A stretch of 64,000 bases of DNA, from contig CAVYHZ010000002.1 in the NCBI GenBank assembly GCA_963768485.1, positions 1,284,902-1,348,901 on the forward strand, read 5' to 3'. The notes under the pieces are model-generated. The model ran no database searches and was not told the DNA's origin. It saw only the letters and a program-made list of their open reading frames with translations. This document shows positions 1-9,858 of this stretch, piece by piece. This DNA is from an uncultured Pseudomonadota bacterium (GTDB lineage Bacteria; Pseudomonadota; Gammaproteobacteria; Steroidobacterales; Steroidobacteraceae). Both the position numbers and the translations under genes were made by a program. Positions within the stretch are counted from its first letter, which is position 1. Every line of letters begins with the position of its first letter.

Positions 1-3
1 CGC

Positions 4-1212
4 GTGATCGGGGTCGCGGTATTGGGCTCCACCGGCTCGGTCGGCGAGAGCACGCTCGACGTACTGGCGCGGCATCGCGCGCGCTTCGAGCTCGTGGCGA
101 TCGCGGCACACCGCAACGCCGCCAAGCTCGCGCGGCAGATCCTCACGTGGCAGCCGGCCTACGCCGCGCTCGCCGACGCCGCCGCCGTGCCGGAGCTGCG
201 CGCGCTGCTCGGCGCCGGCGCCCCGCGGACGCGCCTCCTCGCCGGCCCGGGCGCGCTCGAGGAACTGGCGGCTCTTGTCGAGGTCCAGTGTGTCATGGCG
301 GCGATCGTCGGCGCCGCCGGGCTGCGCTCCACGCTCGCCGCGGCGCGCGCCGGCAAGCGGCTGCTGCTCGCCAACAAGGAATCCATGGTCATGGCAGGTC
401 CGCTGCTGCTTCAGGCGGTGCGCGGCGCCGGCGCGACGCTCCTGCCGATCGACAGCGAACACAACGCGATCTTCCAGTGCCTGCCGGCCCCGGTACGCCC
501 CGGGGTCGTCCCGCCGGGACTGAAGCGCGTGCTGCTCACCGCCTCCGGCGGGCCGTTCCGCGACGCACCCCGCGAAGCGCTCGCTTCGGTCACGCCCGAG
601 GCCGCTTGCGCCCATCCCAACTGGGTCATGGGACGCAAGATCTCGGTGGATTCGGCGACACTCATGAACAAGGGCCTCGAGCTGATCGAGGCATGCCTGC
701 TGTTCGGTCTGGCACCCGCGCAGGTCGAGATCCTGGTGCATCCGCAGAGCATCGTGCATTCGTTGGTCGAGTACGTCGACGGCTCGGTGCTCGCACAACT
801 CTCGGCTCCCGACATGCGCACGCCCATCGCCCATGCACTCGCCTGGCCCGAGCGCATCGACTCCGGTGTAGAATTCCTCGATCTGCTCAAGGCCGGCCGG
901 CTCGACTTCCAGGCACCCGACTACGATCGCTTCCGCTGCCTCGCGCTCGCGCAGGCGGCGGCGCGCGCCGGGGGACTGCATCCGGTGCTGCTGAACGCAG
1001 CCAACGAGGTCGCCGTACAGGCATTCCTCGAGCGCCGATTGAACTTTCCGGGCATCGCCGCGGTCATTGAAGCCGTGGTGGAGCGCGGCGCCGGCGGCTC
1101 GATCGGTGATCTGGAGGACGTGCTGGCCGTCGACGCCGAAGGTCGCCAGCGTGCCGCGGAGCGGATCGTCGGCATTACAAGAAGTGAGTCGGTGAGGGGC
1201 GCTCACGCATGA
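4..1212 (+). CDS. dxr: 1-deoxy-D-xylulose 5-phosphate reductoisomerase
   Basis: 402-aa ORF starting at GTG 4. Motifs VLGSTGSVGxSTLDV (NADPH site), DSEHNAIFQC, LTASGGPF and HPNWVMGRKISVDSATLMNKGLE. Stop overlaps the rseP start (ATGA). Confidence 0.95.
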   Translation: MIGVAVLGSTGSVGESTLDVLARHRARFELVAIAAHRNAAKLARQILTWQPAYAALADAAAVPELRALLGAGAPRTRLLAGPGALEELAALVEVQCVMAAIVGAAGLRSTLAAARAGKRLLLANKESMVMAGPLLLQAVRGAGATLLPIDSEHNAIFQCLPAPVRPGVVPPGLKRVLLTASGGPFRDAPREALASVTPEAACAHPNWVMGRKISVDSATLMNKGLELIEACLLFGLAPAQVEILVHPQSIVHSLVEYVDGSVLAQLSAPDMRTPIAHALAWPERIDSGVEFLDLLKAGRLDFQAPDYDRFRCLALAQAAARAGGLHPVLLNAANEVAVQAFLERRLNFPGIAAVIEAVVERGAGGSIGDLEDVLAVDAEGRQRAAERIVGITRSESVRGAHA

Positions 1213-2582
1213 ACCTGTTCTGGTACGCAATGTGGTTCGTCGTCGCCGTGGGCCTGCTGGTCACGGTGCACGAATTCGGCCACTTCATCGTCGCGCGGCG
1301 GCTCGGCTTCCGCGTACTGCGCTTTTCCGTGGGCTTCGGCCGGCCGCTCCTCAAATGGACCGTCGGTCCTGATCGCATCGAATACGTCGTGGCGGCCATC
1401 CCCCTCGGCGGCTACGTGAAGCTGCTGGACGAACGCGAGGGACCGGTCGAGGCGGCTGACCTGCCGCGCGCCTTCACCCGCCGCCCGCACTGGCAGCGCA
1501 TCGCCGTGCTGCTCGCGGGACCCGCCTTCAACATCCTGTTCGCGATTCTCGTGCTGTGGGGCATGTTCTGGGTGAACGGCGTCAACGAGGTGCGCCCCGT
1601 GGTCGGCGATGTCACGACCGGCTCGGTTGCCGCGCGTGCGGGCTTGAAGAGCGGCGACGAAATCCGCGCCCTCAACGGCACGCCGGTGGACGGCATGCGC
1701 GACGTGGTCTTCGGCCTGCTGGACGCCATGAGCTCGCGCGGCGAGGCCGACCTCAGCGTGGTGAGCGCGGGCGGACCGCCGCACGAGGCACGCCTGCTGG
1801 TCGCCGACCCCGACACCCGCCGCCGCCTCACCGAGCCCGCGGAGCTGCTGCTCGGGCTCGGCTTCGAGTTCTGGCCGCCGGTGCCGGCGGTGATCGGCAA
1901 GGTCGAGGCGGGCGGGCCCGCGGCGCGCGCCGGACTTGCCACCGGGGACCGGGTGCTCGCCATCGACGGCGCGCCGGTCGCGAACTTCCACGACATCATC
2001 GCGACGGTCAACGCGCATCCCGGCGAGCGCCTCACGCTCGACTACAGCCGTGCCGGCGCGAGCGCCACGACCAGCGTCGAGGTGGCGAGCGATGAGGTGC
2101 ACGGCCGGCGCATCGGGCGGATCCATATCGAGCCGGCAGCGCTGCCGAAGACCTATCCCGAGTCGCTGCGCACGCACGTCGCGCTGTCGGCCGGCGGTGC
2201 ACTGGCGCGTGCCGTGGACGAGGCCTGGGGCATGACGGTGCTGCAGGGGCGGCTGTTCTGGCGCATGGTGCTCGGACGGGTATCGCTGAAAAACCTCAGC
2301 GGTCCGCTGTCGATCGCCGAATACGCCGGCGACTCGGCCGAGGCGGGCGTGGCGCCGTTCCTCGGCTTCCTGGTACTGATTTCCCTGTCGCTGGGCTTCC
2401 TCAACCTGCTGCCGATTCCGATCCTCGACGGCGGGCAGATCGCCTTTCAGCTGGTCGAGTGGCTGAAGGGGAGCCCCCTCTCCGAGCGCGCCCAGGTGTT
2501 CGGGCAGCAGGTGGGGATCGCATTGCTCATCGTCCTGATGGGTGTGGCGCTGTACAACGACATCGCGCGCCAGTTCGGTTGA
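1209..2582 (+). CDS. rseP: RIP zinc metalloprotease RseP (site-2 protease)
   Basis: 457-aa ORF with HEFGHF zinc motif near the N-terminus, a central PDZ-like region and C-terminal NLLPIPILDGG. Conserved position between dxr and bamA. Confidence 0.93.
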   Translation: MNLFWYAMWFVVAVGLLVTVHEFGHFIVARRLGFRVLRFSVGFGRPLLKWTVGPDRIEYVVAAIPLGGYVKLLDEREGPVEAADLPRAFTRRPHWQRIAVLLAGPAFNILFAILVLWGMFWVNGVNEVRPVVGDVTTGSVAARAGLKSGDEIRALNGTPVDGMRDVVFGLLDAMSSRGEADLSVVSAGGPPHEARLLVADPDTRRRLTEPAELLLGLGFEFWPPVPAVIGKVEAGGPAARAGLATGDRVLAIDGAPVANFHDIIATVNAHPGERLTLDYSRAGASATTSVEVASDEVHGRRIGRIHIEPAALPKTYPESLRTHVALSAGGALARAVDEAWGMTVLQGRLFWRMVLGRVSLKNLSGPLSIAEYAGDSAEAGVAPFLGFLVLISLSLGFLNLLPIPILDGGQIAFQLVEWLKGSPLSERAQVFGQQVGIALLIVLMGVALYNDIARQFG

Positions 2583-2649
2583 GTCACCAATAACGCAAGA
2601 CGAAACGCCCACGGGGGCGCGAAGGGCAGACTACTTTGGGTGTTGAAGC

Positions 2650-5073
2650 ATGAAGCTGCGCGTCGCTTTGGTCGCGTTCGCGCTGTTGCTGCGCGCGGCG
2701 CTGGTGTTCGCGCAAGGTGCGCCGGAAACTGACTTCACCGTCAGCGATATCCGCGTCGAGGGACTGCAGCGCGTCTCCGAAGGCACGGTCTACAACTATC
2801 TGCCGATCAACATCGGCGATCACCTCACGGCGCAGCGCGTGCGCGAGGCGATTCGCGCGCTGTACGCCACCGGCTTCTTCCGCGACGTGCAGATGCGCCG
2901 CGACGGCAGCACGCTGGTGGTCGTGGTGAGCGAGCGGCCCTCGATCGAGAGCTTCGAGATCACCGGCAACAAGGACATCAAGACCGAGGATCTGCAGAAG
3001 TCGCTGCGCGGCGTGGGGCTCGCGGCCGGCAAGACCTTCGACCGCTCGGTGCTCGAGGACGTCACCCAGTACCTCACCGACCAGTACTACGCGCGCGGCA
3101 AGTACGGCGTGCGCATCGATACCAAGGTGGAGGAGGAGGCGGGCAACCGCGTCAAGATCAAGATCGACATCAAGGAAGGTAACCGCGCCAAGATCCGCCA
3201 GATCAACATCGTCGGCAACACGCGCTACCAGCCGAAGCAGATTCTCGACACCCTCGAGCTCAAGACCCCCAACTGGCTCTCCTGGTACAAGCAGGACGAC
3301 CGCTACTCGCGCGAGTCGCTGCAGGGCGACCTCGAGAAGGTGCGCAACTTCTACATGGACCGCGGCTACGCCAACTTCCAGCTCGAGTCGACCCAGGTGG
3401 CGATCGCGCCCGAGAAAGAGGACATCTTCATCACCATCAACGTGGACGAGGGTCAGGTCTACAAAATCTCCTCCATCAAGGTGGCGGGCACCTTCGTGGT
3501 GCCGCAGGCCGACCTCGAGCGGCTGGTGCTGGTGCACCCGGGGGAGATTTTCGACCGCAAGCTCATCACCTCGTCCCAGGAGCTGATGCAGAACCGCATG
3601 GGGCGCGACGGCTACGCCTTCGCCAAGGTCGACCCCGTCCCCACCGCCGACAACGTCAATCACACCGTGGCGCTCACGTTCTTCGTCGATCCGGGCAACC
3701 GCGTGTACGTGCGCAACATCACCTTCTCGGGCGTCAACCGCATCAACGACGAGGTGCTGCGGCGCGAGCTGCGCCAGCTCGAGGGCGGCTGGCTCTCGAA
3801 CGTGGCGCTCGAGCGCTCCAAGCAGCGCCTGCAGCGCCTGCCGTACATCAAGACGGTGGACTTCGAGACCACCCCCGTCGCCGGTGTCCCCGACCAGGTG
3901 GACGTCAACTACAAGATCGAGGAGGGGCCGGCGTCGCAGCTCTCGGGCGGCGTCGGCTACTCCGCCACCTACAAGTTCCAGCTGAACGCCAGCTTTGCCG
4001 ACGCCGACTTCCTCGGCACCGGCGAGCGCGTGGCGCTGGAGCTCAACGGCGGCGCCTTCAGCAAGGTCTACACGGTGGCCTGGACGAACCCCTACACCAC
4101 CATCGACAACCTGCAGCGCACCATCTCGGTGAGCTATCGCGACGTCACGCAGTTCGTCTCCTCCTCGTCGAATTTCTCCTCGGAGACGCTCAGCGCCGGC
4201 CCCACCTGGGCCTACCCGATCACCGAAACCATGTACCTGCGCTTCGGCGCGGTGTTCGAGTCCGCGCAGCTGCTCACCAACTCACTCAGCAGCGCCGAGC
4301 AGGCGGTCCAGTGGGTGACGGAGAACGGTCACCCGTATAACCGCCTGGCGCACGACGACGCCAGCAACAACGACTACGTGTTCTACGGGTCGAACTTCAA
4401 GAACGTGCAGGCGGTGCTCGGCTGGGACTGGGACACGCGCAACCGCACCCTGTTCGCCGACCGCGGTATGCACCAGGCGATCAGCCTGTCCGCGACCACC
4501 CCGGGGAGCGACGTCAAGTACTACATCGCCAACTACCAGTTTCTGAAGTACGTGCCGCTATGGCACTCGTTTGCGTTCTCCTTCCTCGAGGGGGTCGACT
4601 ACGGCGGGCCGTTCGGCGGCACCACGGCGATCCCGCCCTACCGCCAGTTCTTCGGCGGCGGCCCCGACAACGTGCGCGGCTTCCGCGAGAGCCTGTTGGG
4701 TCCGCGCGACCAGTTCGGCAATCCCTACGGCGGCAATCTGCGCATCACCAGCCAGAACGAGCTCATCCTCCCGATGCCGGCCAAGTGGGCGCAGACCGCG
4801 CGCGTCAGCGCCTTCTTCGACCTGGGCGGGGTCTACGAGACCGGCAACAAGCTGCAGTTCTTCGGCCCGGACAACATCACGCCGGAGAACTACCGCTTCA
4901 CGGGCCCCTCGGACCTGCGCCGCTCGTTCGGCCTCGCCGTCACCTGGCTCGCCCCGATCGGGCTCTTCCGCTTCAGCCTCGGTGTGCCGCTCAATGCCAG
5001 GAAGAGCGACGGCATCACCACCTGGGGCGATGAGACCGAGGTATTCCAGTTCTCGGTCGGTCAGGCGTTCTAG
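2650..5073 (+). CDS. bamA: outer membrane protein assembly factor BamA
   Basis: 807-aa ORF with signal peptide, POTRA-type repeats and an Omp85 barrel ending ...VFQFSVGQAF. Lies in rseP-bamA-skp-lpxD synteny. Confidence 0.95.
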   Translation: MKLRVALVAFALLLRAALVFAQGAPETDFTVSDIRVEGLQRVSEGTVYNYLPINIGDHLTAQRVREAIRALYATGFFRDVQMRRDGSTLVVVVSERPSIESFEITGNKDIKTEDLQKSLRGVGLAAGKTFDRSVLEDVTQYLTDQYYARGKYGVRIDTKVEEEAGNRVKIKIDIKEGNRAKIRQINIVGNTRYQPKQILDTLELKTPNWLSWYKQDDRYSRESLQGDLEKVRNFYMDRGYANFQLESTQVAIAPEKEDIFITINVDEGQVYKISSIKVAGTFVVPQADLERLVLVHPGEIFDRKLITSSQELMQNRMGRDGYAFAKVDPVPTADNVNHTVALTFFVDPGNRVYVRNITFSGVNRINDEVLRRELRQLEGGWLSNVALERSKQRLQRLPYIKTVDFETTPVAGVPDQVDVNYKIEEGPASQLSGGVGYSATYKFQLNASFADADFLGTGERVALELNGGAFSKVYTVAWTNPYTTIDNLQRTISVSYRDVTQFVSSSSNFSSETLSAGPTWAYPITETMYLRFGAVFESAQLLTNSLSSAEQAVQWVTENGHPYNRLAHDDASNNDYVFYGSNFKNVQAVLGWDWDTRNRTLFADRGMHQAISLSATTPGSDVKYYIANYQFLKYVPLWHSFAFSFLEGVDYGGPFGGTTAIPPYRQFFGGGPDNVRGFRESLLGPRDQFGNPYGGNLRITSQNELILPMPAKWAQTARVSAFFDLGGVYETGNKLQFFGPDNITPENYRFTGPSDLRRSFGLAVTWLAPIGLFRFSLGVPLNARKSDGITTWGDETEVFQFSVGQAF

Positions 5074-5188
5074 GCGGCGCAAATGCCCTGCGGAACGCGC
5101 TACTTTAGGCGATACTAAGAGACTGGCCCCGGCCGGCCTCTCGAGGCCCCGGCGCCGCATTAATTCCAGCATACGAGGTGGGTGTTCC

Positions 5189-5791
5189 GTGAATCGCTCG
5201 AGCAGCAGGCGGATGGCGGTGTGGATCGTGGCGGCCCTGGGAGCCGTGGCTACGGTGCCGGCGTGGGCCGAACCAAAGATTGCGGTGGTGGACTTCCAGC
5301 GGCTGGGCCAGGAATCGCCCCAGGGTAAAGAGGTGTTCGATGCGCTGCGCGCGGAGTTCGCGCCGCGCGAGCGCACGCTGCAGGCGACGGGCCAGGCCCT
5401 CAAGGCCAAGCAGGACAAGCTGCAGAAGGACGCCGCCACCATGACCGAGGAGCAGCGCTCGCGCTCGGAGAAGGATCTGCGCGACGGCGCGCGCGACTTC
5501 GAGCGGGCGCGCGGCGAGCTGCAGGACGATGAGACCGCGCGGCGCAACGAGCAGCTCTCGCGGCTGCAGCGCACGCTGGTCGAAGAGGTGCGCGCCTACG
5601 CCAAGGGGCAGAACCTCGACATGGTCGTGAGCGGCGATGCGGTGCTGTACGCCGCGCCGAGCTACGACATCACGCCCGCGGTGCTCACCGCGCTGCAGTC
5701 GAAAGCCCCCGCGGCTCCGGCCGCCAAGCCGGCCGCGACGCCGGCTCCGGCTCCCGCCGCGCAGCCGCCGGCCAAGCCGCAGGGCAAATAG
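5189..5791 (+). CDS. skp: periplasmic chaperone Skp/OmpH
   Basis: In-frame GTG at 5189 is preceded by GAGGTGG (alternative ATG at 5213). Signal peptide ...VPAWA/EP, a Lys/Glu/Gln/Arg-rich coiled-coil body and an Ala/Pro-rich tail. Located between bamA and lpxD. Confidence 0.8.
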   Translation: MNRSSSRRMAVWIVAALGAVATVPAWAEPKIAVVDFQRLGQESPQGKEVFDALRAEFAPRERTLQATGQALKAKQDKLQKDAATMTEEQRSRSEKDLRDGARDFERARGELQDDETARRNEQLSRLQRTLVEEVRAYAKGQNLDMVVSGDAVLYAAPSYDITPAVLTALQSKAPAAPAAKPAATPAPAPAAQPPAKPQGK

Positions 5792-5823
5792 CGCTTAAGG
5801 GGCTTGGGGGGCCCGCGCGCGCC

Positions 5824-6867
5824 ATGTCGGTCTCGCTCGGGGAACTCGCGGTCCGCTTCGGCTGCGAGCTGCGCGGCGATCCGCAGGCACGCGTCGAGCG
5901 CGTCGCGACGCTCGCCAACGCGGATGCGACCGCGGTCGCCTTCCTCGCCAACCCGCGCTACCGGGCGCAGCTCGCCACCACGCGGGCTGCGGCGGTGATC
6001 CTCAAGGCGGATGCGGCCGCGGAGTGTCCCGCGCACGTGCTGCTCGCCGACAACCCCTACGCGACCTACGCGCGCATCGCGGCAGTGCTGCATCCGCAAC
6101 CTGCGCCCGAGCCGGGCGTGCACCCGAGCGCCCTCGTGGCCGCGAGCGCCCGCATCGATCCGAGCGCCCACGTGGGGCCCTTGTGCGCCATCGGTGAGCA
6201 CGCCAGCGTCGGCGCACGCGCCAGCGTCGGGCCGCACTGCGTGCTCGAGGACGGCGTCGAGCTCGCCGCCGACGTGCGCCTCGCGGCGCGCGTGACGCTC
6301 TGCCGTGGCGTCGCGATCGGCGCGCGCAGCGTGCTGCAGCCGGGCTGCGTGATCGGCGGCGACGGCTTCGGCTACGCGCCCGACCGGGGTACCTGGGTCA
6401 AGGTGCCGCAGGTCGGCGCCGTGCGCATCGGCGCCGACGTCGAGATCGGCTGCAACACCACCGTCGACCGCGGCGCCATCGATGACACGGTGATCGAAGA
6501 CGGCGTCAAACTCGACAACCTCATCCAGATCGGCCACAACGTGCGCATCGGCGCGCACACCGCCATCGCCGCCTGCACCGGCGTCTCCGGCAGCACCACC
6601 ATCGGCAAGCGCTGCATGATCGGCGGCCACGTGGGGTTCGCCGGACACATCAGCATCGCTGACGACGTGGTGATCACCGGCTACTCGGCCATCAGCCGCT
6701 CGATCGCGGGTGCCGGGGTATACTCGAGCACCCTTCCGTTCGAGGAGGCGCGCGCCTGGCGGCGCCTGGTCGCGCGCTTCAAGCGCAGCGCCCGGCTCGA
6801 GGAGCGCGTAAGCGCGCTGGAGCGGGCGGCGGGACTCACCAGCGGGCAGGAAGAGACTCATGAGTGA
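5824..6867 (+). CDS. lpxD: UDP-3-O-(3-hydroxyacyl)glucosamine N-acyltransferase
   Basis: 347-aa ORF with left-handed beta-helix hexapeptide repeats and a C-terminal helical tail. Lies in skp-lpxD-fabZ-lpxA synteny. Confidence 0.93.
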   Translation: MSVSLGELAVRFGCELRGDPQARVERVATLANADATAVAFLANPRYRAQLATTRAAAVILKADAAAECPAHVLLADNPYATYARIAAVLHPQPAPEPGVHPSALVAASARIDPSAHVGPLCAIGEHASVGARASVGPHCVLEDGVELAADVRLAARVTLCRGVAIGARSVLQPGCVIGGDGFGYAPDRGTWVKVPQVGAVRIGADVEIGCNTTVDRGAIDDTVIEDGVKLDNLIQIGHNVRIGAHTAIAACTGVSGSTTIGKRCMIGGHVGFAGHISIADDVVITGYSAISRSIAGAGVYSSTLPFEEARAWRRLVARFKRSARLEERVSALERAAGLTSGQEETHE

Positions 6868-7318
6868 CGAAGTCGTGCAACTCGACATGCAGGCGATCCT
6901 CGAGCGATTGCCGCATCGCTATCCGTTCCTGCTGGTCGATCGGGTGCTGGAGCTGCGTCCCGGAGCCACCATCCGCGCCATCAAGAACGTCACCTACAAC
7001 GAACCGTTCTTCCCCGGACATTTTCCCCACCGCCCGGTGATGCCCGGCGTGATGATCATCGAGGCGCTGGCGCAGGCCGCCGGGATCCTGTGCTTCGTGA
7101 CCGCGAACGTGATCCCCGACGAAGAGACGCGCTTCTATTTCGTCGGCATCGACGCGGCGCGCTTCCGCAAGCCGGTCGTGCCGGGAGACCAGCTGGTGCT
7201 CACGGCGCAGCTGGTGCGCACGCTGCGCGGCATCTGGAAGTTCTCCACCGCGGCGCTGGTGGGCGACAAGGAGGTCGCACACGCCGACATGCTGGTGGCG
7301 CCGGAGACCGGTAAGTGA
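6860..7318 (+). CDS. fabZ: 3-hydroxyacyl-ACP dehydratase FabZ
   Basis: 152-aa ORF with LPHRYPFLLVDRV and FFxGHFP hot-dog motifs. Confidence 0.95.
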   Translation: MSDEVVQLDMQAILERLPHRYPFLLVDRVLELRPGATIRAIKNVTYNEPFFPGHFPHRPVMPGVMIIEALAQAAGILCFVTANVIPDEETRFYFVGIDAARFRKPVVPGDQLVLTAQLVRTLRGIWKFSTAALVGDKEVAHADMLVAPETGK

Positions 7319-8085
7319 TCGACCCGCGTGCGGCGGTGTCGAGCGAGGCGCGCCTCGCCGCCGACGTGACCGTCGGCCCGTTCGCCGTCATCGGGGCCGG
7401 CGTCGAGATCGGTCCGCGCACCATCGTCGCCGCGCATGCGATGGTCAACGGACCCAGCGTGCTCGGCGCCGACAACCACGTGTTCCAGTTCGCCTCGATC
7501 GGCGATGCGCCGCAGGACAAGAAGTACCAGGGCGAGCCGACGCGCCTCACGGTCGGCGACCGCAACGTGTTCCGCGAGTACTGCACCGTCAACCGCGGCA
7601 CGACCCACGACAAGGGGGTCACGCGCATCGGCAACGACAATCTGCTGATGGCGTGCTCGCACGTAGCGCACGACTGCACGGTGGGCAACAACACCGTGTT
7701 CGCCAATGGCGCGGTGCTCGGCGGCCATGTCGAGATCGGCGACTGGGTGATCCTCGGGGGGCTGTCCGCCGTACACCAGTTTGGCAAGGTCGGCGCACAC
7801 GCCTTTCTCGCCGGCGGTGCCATGGCGCGCCAGGACGTGCCCCCCTACGTGATGGTCTCGGGTGACCCGGCGACCCCCAACGCGGTGAATGCCGAAGGGT
7901 TGAAGCGCCGCGGCTTCACCGAGGATCAGATCCGCGCCATCCGCGACGCCTACCGGATCGTGTACCGCTCGGATCTGAGGCTCGCCGAGGCGCTCGAGCG
8001 TCTCGAGCCCCTCGCCGCGTCGCGGGCCGAGATCCGCTCCTTCGTCGACTTCATTCAGTCCTCCAAGCGCAGCATCGTGCGATGA
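7315..8085 (+). CDS. lpxA: acyl-ACP--UDP-N-acetylglucosamine O-acyltransferase
   Basis: 256-aa ORF with hexapeptide repeats and a LpxA-type C-terminal domain. GTGA overlap with fabZ. Confidence 0.95.
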   Translation: MIDPRAAVSSEARLAADVTVGPFAVIGAGVEIGPRTIVAAHAMVNGPSVLGADNHVFQFASIGDAPQDKKYQGEPTRLTVGDRNVFREYCTVNRGTTHDKGVTRIGNDNLLMACSHVAHDCTVGNNTVFANGAVLGGHVEIGDWVILGGLSAVHQFGKVGAHAFLAGGAMARQDVPPYVMVSGDPATPNAVNAEGLKRRGFTEDQIRAIRDAYRIVYRSDLRLAEALERLEPLAASRAEIRSFVDFIQSSKRSIVR

Positions 8086-9263
8086 ACGCGCCGGCGGCGC
8101 GCACCGACGCCGCGGCGCCGCTGCGCGTCGCGCTGGTCGCGGGCGAGCATTCCGGCGACCAGCTGGGGGCGGCGCTCATCGAGGCGCTGCGCGCGCGCGT
8201 ACCGGACCTCGAGTGTTTCGGCGTCGCGGGGCCGAAGATGGTCGCGGCCGGCTGCGCGGCCTGGGCACCGGCGGACAGCATCGCGGTCATGGGGTTCGCG
8301 GAGGTGCTGCGGCACCTGCCGCGACTGCTGCGCCTGCGTGCTGAGATTGGTGCGCGTTTCATCGCGGCGCGGCCCGACGTGTTCATCGGCATCGACTCAC
8401 CCGAGTTCAATCTCGCACTGGCCGGGCGCTTGAAGCGCGCCGGCATCCGCACCGTGCAGTACGTGAGCCCGCAGGTGTGGGCCTGGCGGCAGGGACGGGT
8501 GCGCACCATCGGCCGCGACTGCGACCTGGTGCTGTGCCTGCTGCCCTTCGAGCGTGAGTTCTATGCCCGCCACGCGGTCCGCGCCGAGTTCGTCGGGCAC
8601 CCGCTCGCCGATCAGATCCCGCTCGAGATCGATACGGTGGCCGCGCGCGCGGCTCTCGGCATTGCACGCGATGCCCGTGTGATCGCGGTGTTGCCCGGCA
8701 GCCGCCTCGCCGAGGTGGCGCGCCTCGCGCGGCCGTTTGCTGCCGCCGCCGCCTGGCTGCACGCGCGCCGCCCGGACTTGCAGTTCATCGCGCCTATGGC
8801 CTCGGTCGCTGTGCGTGAGCGCTTTGAGAGGGAGTTGGGGCAAGCGCCTGAAAAGACGCCGATTCGGCTCTTCGAGGGCCAGGCGCAGCAGGTGTTGGCG
8901 GCGGCGGATGCGGCGATCGTCGCCTCCGGAACGGCGACACTGGAGACACTGCTGTCCGGCAGGCCCATGGTGGTGGCGTATAAGTGGAGCTGGCTAACCG
9001 TACTTGTCGCGCGCACGCTCCGGCTCGTGAAAGTGCCGTTCTTCTCGCAACCGAATCTGCTTGCCGGACGGCGTCTGGTGCCGGAGCTGCTGCAGGGGCA
9101 GGTGACCGCTGAGGCGCTCGGCGCCGCGCTGCTCGGCGAGCTCGACGATGCCGCGCACCTCGCGCAGCTGCGTGCCGAGTTCACGCGCATACATCGCGAG
9201 TTGCGCTGCGACGGAGCGGCGCGCGCTGCCGCGGCGGTGCTCGAGTGCATCGGGCCGCGATGA
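8082..9263 (+). CDS. lpxB: lipid-A-disaccharide synthase
   Basis: 393-aa ORF with N-terminal GEHSGD motif. Follows lpxA with an ATGA overlap. Confidence 0.93.
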   Translation: MNAPAARTDAAAPLRVALVAGEHSGDQLGAALIEALRARVPDLECFGVAGPKMVAAGCAAWAPADSIAVMGFAEVLRHLPRLLRLRAEIGARFIAARPDVFIGIDSPEFNLALAGRLKRAGIRTVQYVSPQVWAWRQGRVRTIGRDCDLVLCLLPFEREFYARHAVRAEFVGHPLADQIPLEIDTVAARAALGIARDARVIAVLPGSRLAEVARLARPFAAAAAWLHARRPDLQFIAPMASVAVRERFERELGQAPEKTPIRLFEGQAQQVLAAADAAIVASGTATLETLLSGRPMVVAYKWSWLTVLVARTLRLVKVPFFSQPNLLAGRRLVPELLQGQVTAEALGAALLGELDDAAHLAQLRAEFTRIHRELRCDGAARAAAAVLECIGPR

Positions 9264-9847
9264 GGGTGCCGGTGCGCATTGCCGGGGTCGATGAAGCGGG
9301 GCGTGGGCCGCTCGCGGGTCCCGTGGTCGCGGCCGCCGTCATCCTCGATCCGCGCCGCCGCATCCGCGGGCTCGCCGACTCCAAGATTCTGCCGCCCGAG
9401 GAGCGCACGCGCCTCGCGGGGCTGATCCGCACCCGCGCGCTCGCGTGGGCGATCGCCTGGGCGGATCGCGACGAGATCGATTCACTCAACATCCTCGAGG
9501 CGACGCTGCTCGCCATGCGGCGCGCCTTGCTGGCGCTGCCGGTCTGCCCGACGCACGTCCAGATCGACGGCAACCGCTGCCCGTGCTTCGAGGATCTGCG
9601 CCTCGGGTGTACCTTCGAGGCGATCGTGGACGGCGATGCCAGCGTCGCCGCGATCAGTGCCGCCTCGATCCTCGCCAAGACGCATCGGGACGCGATGATG
9701 CAGGCGCTCGATGTGTGCTATCCGGGCTTCGAGCTGGCACGCCACAAGGGCTACGCGACGCCCGAGCACCTGCGGGCGCTGCGCCGCCGCCGGCCCTCCC
9801 CGCTCCACCGCCGCTCCTTCAGCCCCATGCGGCGCCCCTCCTGCTAG
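9260..9847 (+). CDS. rnhB: ribonuclease HII
   Basis: [15 protein letters not shown] catalytic motif. ATG 9260 overlaps the lpxB stop (ATGA). An upstream in-frame GTG at 9245 is the alternative start. Confidence 0.92.
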   Translation: MRVPVRIAGVDEAGRGPLAGPVVAAAVILDPRRRIRGLADSKILPPEERTRLAGLIRTRALAWAIAWADRDEIDSLNILEATLLAMRRALLALPVCPTHVQIDGNRCPCFEDLRLGCTFEAIVDGDASVAAISAASILAKTHRDAMMQALDVCYPGFELARHKGYATPEHLRALRRRRPSPLHRRSFSPMRRPSC

Positions 9848-9858
9848 CATCGACGGCG

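Noticed and set aside
1203-2612. Long antisense or alternative-frame ORFs throughout the window. Examples: 1203..2612(-), 2584..3663(-), 12319..14361(-), 14403..15884(-), 15836..17794(-), 39435..41288(-), 51002..52351(+), 52523..54781(+), 60639..62528(-).
   Set aside because: Each lies opposite to or out of frame with a strongly conserved housekeeping gene. Their products are Arg/Ala/Gly/Pro/His-rich low-complexity strings. Stop-codon depletion at about 70% G+C produces such ORFs by chance.
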